Source: Microthyrium microscopicum (taxonomy: Eukaryota). From it: a DNA stretch of 64,000 nt. The DNA is taken from the NCBI GenBank assembly GCA_010405405.1, contig MU004238.1:693530-757529 (forward strand), read 5' to 3'. A program made the position numbers and the translations under genes. Of this stretch, positions 59,841 to 64,000 are shown piece after piece; the stretch's first letter is position 1; each line of letters begins with the position of its first letter. The notes below the pieces were generated by a model that saw only the letters and a list, made by a program, of their open reading frames with translations, was not told the DNA's origin and did no database searches.

Positions 59841-60869
59841 ATGATGTTAACCATGCAACAACCAAACCTGCCACACCACAGTGGACATCATGTGCCGGTT
59901 GTCTCTTCTCCTTTGGTCACAATTCCAAAATCCTCGTTACCTGTTTTACCTTTACAATCATATCATATGAAACAATCAAGGCCCCGCCTATCTCTCAAAA
60001 CCGATATCAACTCTACTCATCTCCGGACCTTTGGAAAAGGATCAAGTTTACGTCTAGATACACTTTCTGCAGTCGATCCCACTTCACGCAATACTTTTTC
60101 AAATGGATACGAGCCAAACCCAGGAGCTTCAAATACTCGACCAAAACTTGCACTAGATCTTGCCGTTGGTCAAACTTCAGATTACAGGCAATCACCAGAT
60201 ACAGATAGCTCAAGAACGCCTAGCAATTCGTCGATATCTTCAGCTACGACAGCTACTTCAGAACAGTCCGCGCTGAGTCTGTACGAATTACCCAAAGGCA
60301 TCACATCCATCCTTACCAACAGCTTAATACCGCGTACCAGCAAACTAAGGATGTCAGTATCTAGGCCAGATATATCGCTGTCTAAGCGGGTCTCTTTCAG
60401 GGATCCAATACAAGAGGACATCAAGACAAAACGCTATACGCTAGCCCATTCAGATATCGAGATTGTTGACTCGGAAGAGATCAAGGAGGGATCTTTGGAA
60501 ACCACACCAACACAAAACACCATATCACAAACTACCCCAACCGACACCACCAGCAACTCTTCATCCGACTTCCAAGTTCCATCCGCCGCATCCACCATCT
60601 ACACCTCCCCTCCACCACGGCGCAAAGACCGCAGAATCCACAAAACCCTCTCACGGCGCCAATCCTCCCCCGCAGCACCAATGCGCCAAAAACGCGACTC
60701 CTCTTCCTCTGACGACGATGAAGACAGCGACGAGTCCAACTCGTACCCCCAAACCCCCATCGCCGGCCGCTGCAAGCGCAGCCGCGACTGGACCTGGACG
60801 CTCGGTAAAGACGAAAGTAATGGGACTCACGACGTAATTGTCACATCTGCCGACGACAACGACGCATGA
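59841..60869 (+). CDS. Fungal Ser/Thr-rich hypothetical protein
   Basis: 342-codon ORF with short motif-like islands (RPRLSLKT, RTFGKGSSLRLDTLS, KRVSF, YTLAHSDI, RDWTWTLG) in a disordered background. Confidence 0.8.
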   Translation: MMLTMQQPNLPHHSGHHVPVVSSPLVTIPKSSLPVLPLQSYHMKQSRPRLSLKTDINSTHLRTFGKGSSLRLDTLSAVDPTSRNTFSNGYEPNPGASNTRPKLALDLAVGQTSDYRQSPDTDSSRTPSNSSISSATTATSEQSALSLYELPKGITSILTNSLIPRTSKLRMSVSRPDISLSKRVSFRDPIQEDIKTKRYTLAHSDIEIVDSEEIKEGSLETTPTQNTISQTTPTDTTSNSSSDFQVPSAASTIYTSPPPRRKDRRIHKTLSRRQSSPAAPMRQKRDSSSSDDDEDSDESNSYPQTPIAGRCKRSRDWTWTLGKDESNGTHDVIVTSADDNDA

Positions 60870-61705
60870 GTGCACCGTCTCACGCGGAACGTACTATTTT
60901 TGATTATTTGGCATAGCACAGGCGCATATTACTAGAGTATTCATTGGATGAGAAAGGAGAAGGAACCGCTGAAATATACCCAACTGGAAATGCGAAAGAC
61001 GAGTTTACGCATTACGTAATACAGCATATTGAGGAAGAAATAGCAAATATTAATTGCGAAAGACAGGGCGCTGTGCGCTTTTGCTGGATGACTTTTCTTC
61101 TTTAGATATTCTTCCCCTTTGTTGTAACGTGAACGTTTTTACTTTCCAAATATTCGGGTTTGTGTAATCGTCGTGAAACGTTATGGAAGTGTTCGTGTAT
61201 CTGGTTTTTATTTTGTGCAGTGGCGAATCTGGTGTGCCACGCGGTCTGTTCCTTTTTTTAGATGTGATGATACGTGGTTGTTGGCCTTGTGGACTTGGCG
61301 TTACTTTGCGGTAACGGTACTTACCGTACTCTTGGGTATGGATAAGTAGAAAGTGGCCAAGTAAAGCCTTTTTCTTGATGCTTGCTTGCTGTAGGAAGGT
61401 GGGTGTGTATTGCTCACTTCCACAGGGGCAAAATCGATATGAATACGAGATTTCTTGGGTCACCAGCATTTCGTTCTTGCGCCTGCAGGTTGTTACTCTA
61501 GTTTTGCCAAATATCGGTCACACTCGAAGTTTCTGGAAAAGATATATTGCATGCATTGTGGGAATATATTGCTTTCCACTACAGTTCTCTCTATGTGGTA
61601 TAACTAAACATTAAAATACTGTCCCAGAGGCTTGAATAGCCTAGCTGAAACCTGCTTGCTATTGTCAAGCATTTATAAAGATTCTCACTGGTCATCGCCA
61701 TTTCT

Positions 61706-64000
61706 CTAGATGGCGACAGGTGTGGAAAGCGTAAAGGTCACTGGTTGTCCAGTCATCTGTACCCAGAGCGTGAGAGGGTCGCCGCCAATTTGCTCGCTTG
61801 TGGTTGGCACTGAGGCGGTCGCTGCAACGGGGAAGGTGACTGGGATTGGCGCACTGCAGGTGTTGCCGGTGGATGTAAGAGTGGCACCGATGATGTTCTT
61901 GTTGTCGGTGGAGTATTGGTAGGCGAGATTGTAGTTGCATTGACTAGATACTATTAGTTTTGAGAGTGCAAGATTAAAGGACTGAGAACTTACTCTCGGG
62001 CCATACGATTCAAGAAGTACTGGGCAGTGTCGTCGTGCTTGATAGTGATAATTGGCCAGTTGGTCAAACGTGTTACTTCCTGAAGAACAGTCTCTACCCA
62101 AATCTGCATGATAGAGTTGACTGATTGCGTTCCAACGGTGTAGGCGGGCTGACCGGCATTCTGGAGGTTGGCTTGATGGAACATCATGGGGTCTTGATGC
62201 AATTGGAAAACGTGGCGAGTATGCTCGTTCTTTGCGTCAACCAAAAGGGCAGCAAAGTTGCCGCTTCCTCCAGACGTGGCAATCCACTCGGATGTTGTAC
62301 ATGCTTGTGTGTTGCAATCGTAGAAAATGGTTGTGGACCAACGTGGCATGATAACTAGGCCGGCATATCCGTTAGCAGCGACGGTTGAGATAAGTGGCCA
62401 GTAGTCGTTCGTTGGGTTTTGGAGTAGAGGGCGTGTGTTATCTCCAACGACGAAGCGGATGCCGTTGTCCATGAGAGCCTTGATAGAATCGCCGTTATGG
62501 AGACCAGTGATAGCAGGTGGAACTAAACCGTTGGCTGAGAAATGCTGAGCCTGAGCAATACCGATTTGGTTAAGCCATGCGATGTTGAAAGTAATCTCCT
62601 TGTTGACGTCGGAATAGGTAGCATTATTCAAGTTCTCGTGTGTAAATGTGTGCGACAGATGCATGAACTGGTCACGATTGGTTGGGTTGTTGAACCAGTT
62701 GGCAACAGGATCAGCCAAGAGACATGCCAGACTCCAGCCGAAAGTAGCTGGTGTTGATGGCCTGGAAGAGATTAGTATGGTCATAGACAAATAAAGAATG
62801 TTCAACAAACCAATAGCTCTTTCCAGTGCCTAAAGGCTTCTGGAACTCGATTGGAGCAACAGCAAAATCGTCATAGTAAATAGCAGTGTTTGGACTACAC
62901 TGGCCATTTGGATATTTGATTGTAGCCGCGTCAATGTCACCATTGCCGTTGTGAGCAATCTCTAACGTATAGTTGGATCCAGGAGAAAGTCGGCCTTGGA
63001 GGCCTTTCTGCCAAGTGACAATGGCGTTCAAATCGTCAGGCACAAGTCGAACAACCGTAGTTTTTTGATAGATTGTGGTGCTCAGGTGCATGTCGTCGAC
63101 TTGCGTATTGAAGAGCACACGACGAAATCCGACATACATTCCTCGTGTCATCCAGTGGATCCAAGCATGTTGCAGGTAGTTGGATGTTGCAGACCAATCA
63201 GAAGCCCATTCGATAAAGAATACCATCTGTTGACGATTGCCAAAGTTGTTAATAACACCAGCGACAGTAACACTAGTAAAACCAGTGGCTGTTGCGAATG
63301 AAGCAATCGCAGTTGCGAGAGTAGCATTGGTGATAGTAGCCGGATAATGGTATAGACCCAACGTACTGGCTCCAGCAGTTGTGCCACTACAAAAGTTGGG
63401 TTAGCAATACGCGCGAGAGCCGGGAAAGAGTCCTCTTACATCTTGAGACCCGCAGTTGAGAAAGCGGCAGTATTGGTGAAATAGATCTGCTGTTCTGTAG
63501 TAGCTCCACAGCAGCCGGTTCCGCTTTTGGCATATGCGGTACCAAATTGTGTAGCCGGCTCCTCGTTGAGTCTTGTCATGCGAACTCCAAACTGAATTTG
63601 GTAGTTGTACAGAGTAGTCAACTGGGCTGCGGTGAGGGCAGGAACGTTGACAAGAACAATACCGGCATATTTTCCAGAGGTAGCTGTGGTGTTCAAAGCT
63701 GGAAGAGCAAATCCAGATCCAACGACGTATGTTTCATATGGAATGCCATAGCCCTTTAGACCTGAGTAGCCATGGAATGTGTTATCGGCTGTGTCCGCGA
63801 AAATGAGGATCGTCTGTCCAACTGTCTTCGCGCCTGCGGTTGCCGAAGCAGTAGCAGACGATGAAGAGGATGATGCTGATGAGCTCACTGAAGACGATTT
63901 GGATGATGTTGCCGACGAACTCGCGGAAGATGACTTGGAAGATGATGCCGACGAACTCAAGGAAGATGAAACAGAAGAAGACAAAGACGAGGTAGTTGAG
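61706..64000 (-). CDS. agd3: Agd3-like extracellular serine-rich polysaccharide (galactosaminogalactan) deacetylase, CE18; 5' end outside the window; introns 63387-63439, 62762-62810, 61944-61993
   Basis: Ser-rich N-terminal linker, GLKGYGIPYE, TQVDDMHL, HNGNGDI, SHTFTHENLNNATY, PPAITGLHNGD, VGDNTRP, MFHQANL. All junctions are in frame. Confidence 0.85.

Noticed and set aside
1..64000. tRNA, rRNA, snoRNA, riboswitch, CRISPR array, autonomous transposase or Starship captain
   Set aside because: None recognised by eye; a tRNAscan-SE/Infernal run would be needed to exclude small RNAs.

Overview
Eukaryotic DNA from a filamentous ascomycete (Pezizomycotina, possibly Dothideomycetes; inferred from short GT-AG introns with CTRAC-type branch points and the gene content). 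I can support 20 protein-coding loci, one of them a probable pseudogene and most of them spliced, so the ORF track fragments or misses them. In order: a window-truncated Cys-rich/Ser-Thr/TM surface protein, a GH30_7 xylanase, an unknown protein, RAD2/XPG, a second unknown protein, an SMP-30 lactonase, a Zip1/MetR-class bZIP factor, DSC4, an MTC4-like protein, a 5'-truncated SDR, URH1, a ferric-reductase-like protein, a head-to-head MDR dehydrogenase/KduD-IdnO-like SDR pair, a head-to-head UTP7/TSR1 pair, two tandem F-box-like paralogs, a Y-family (iota-like) polymerase, a Ser/Thr-rich hypothetical protein and an Agd3-like CE18 deacetylase that runs off the right end. The region 14-32.6 kb is gene-poor and 32.6-53.5 kb is tightly packed. 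The most notable observations are: (1) a 224-bp Tc1/mariner-type MITE inserted next to the polymerase stop codon; (2) a motif-dense promoter (7x CATTGA plus a 14-bp-period AGGTGCT triplet) upstream of an uncharacterised protein; (3) a candidate L-idonate dehydrogenase/5-ketogluconate reductase pair; (4) F-box-like genes with an Agaricomycete-type signature; (5) a uORF-rich leader on the bZIP gene; (6) micro-exons carrying catalytic residues in URH1. I saw no tRNA, rRNA, CRISPR array or autonomous transposon, and I cannot demonstrate a wholly new system from sequence alone.
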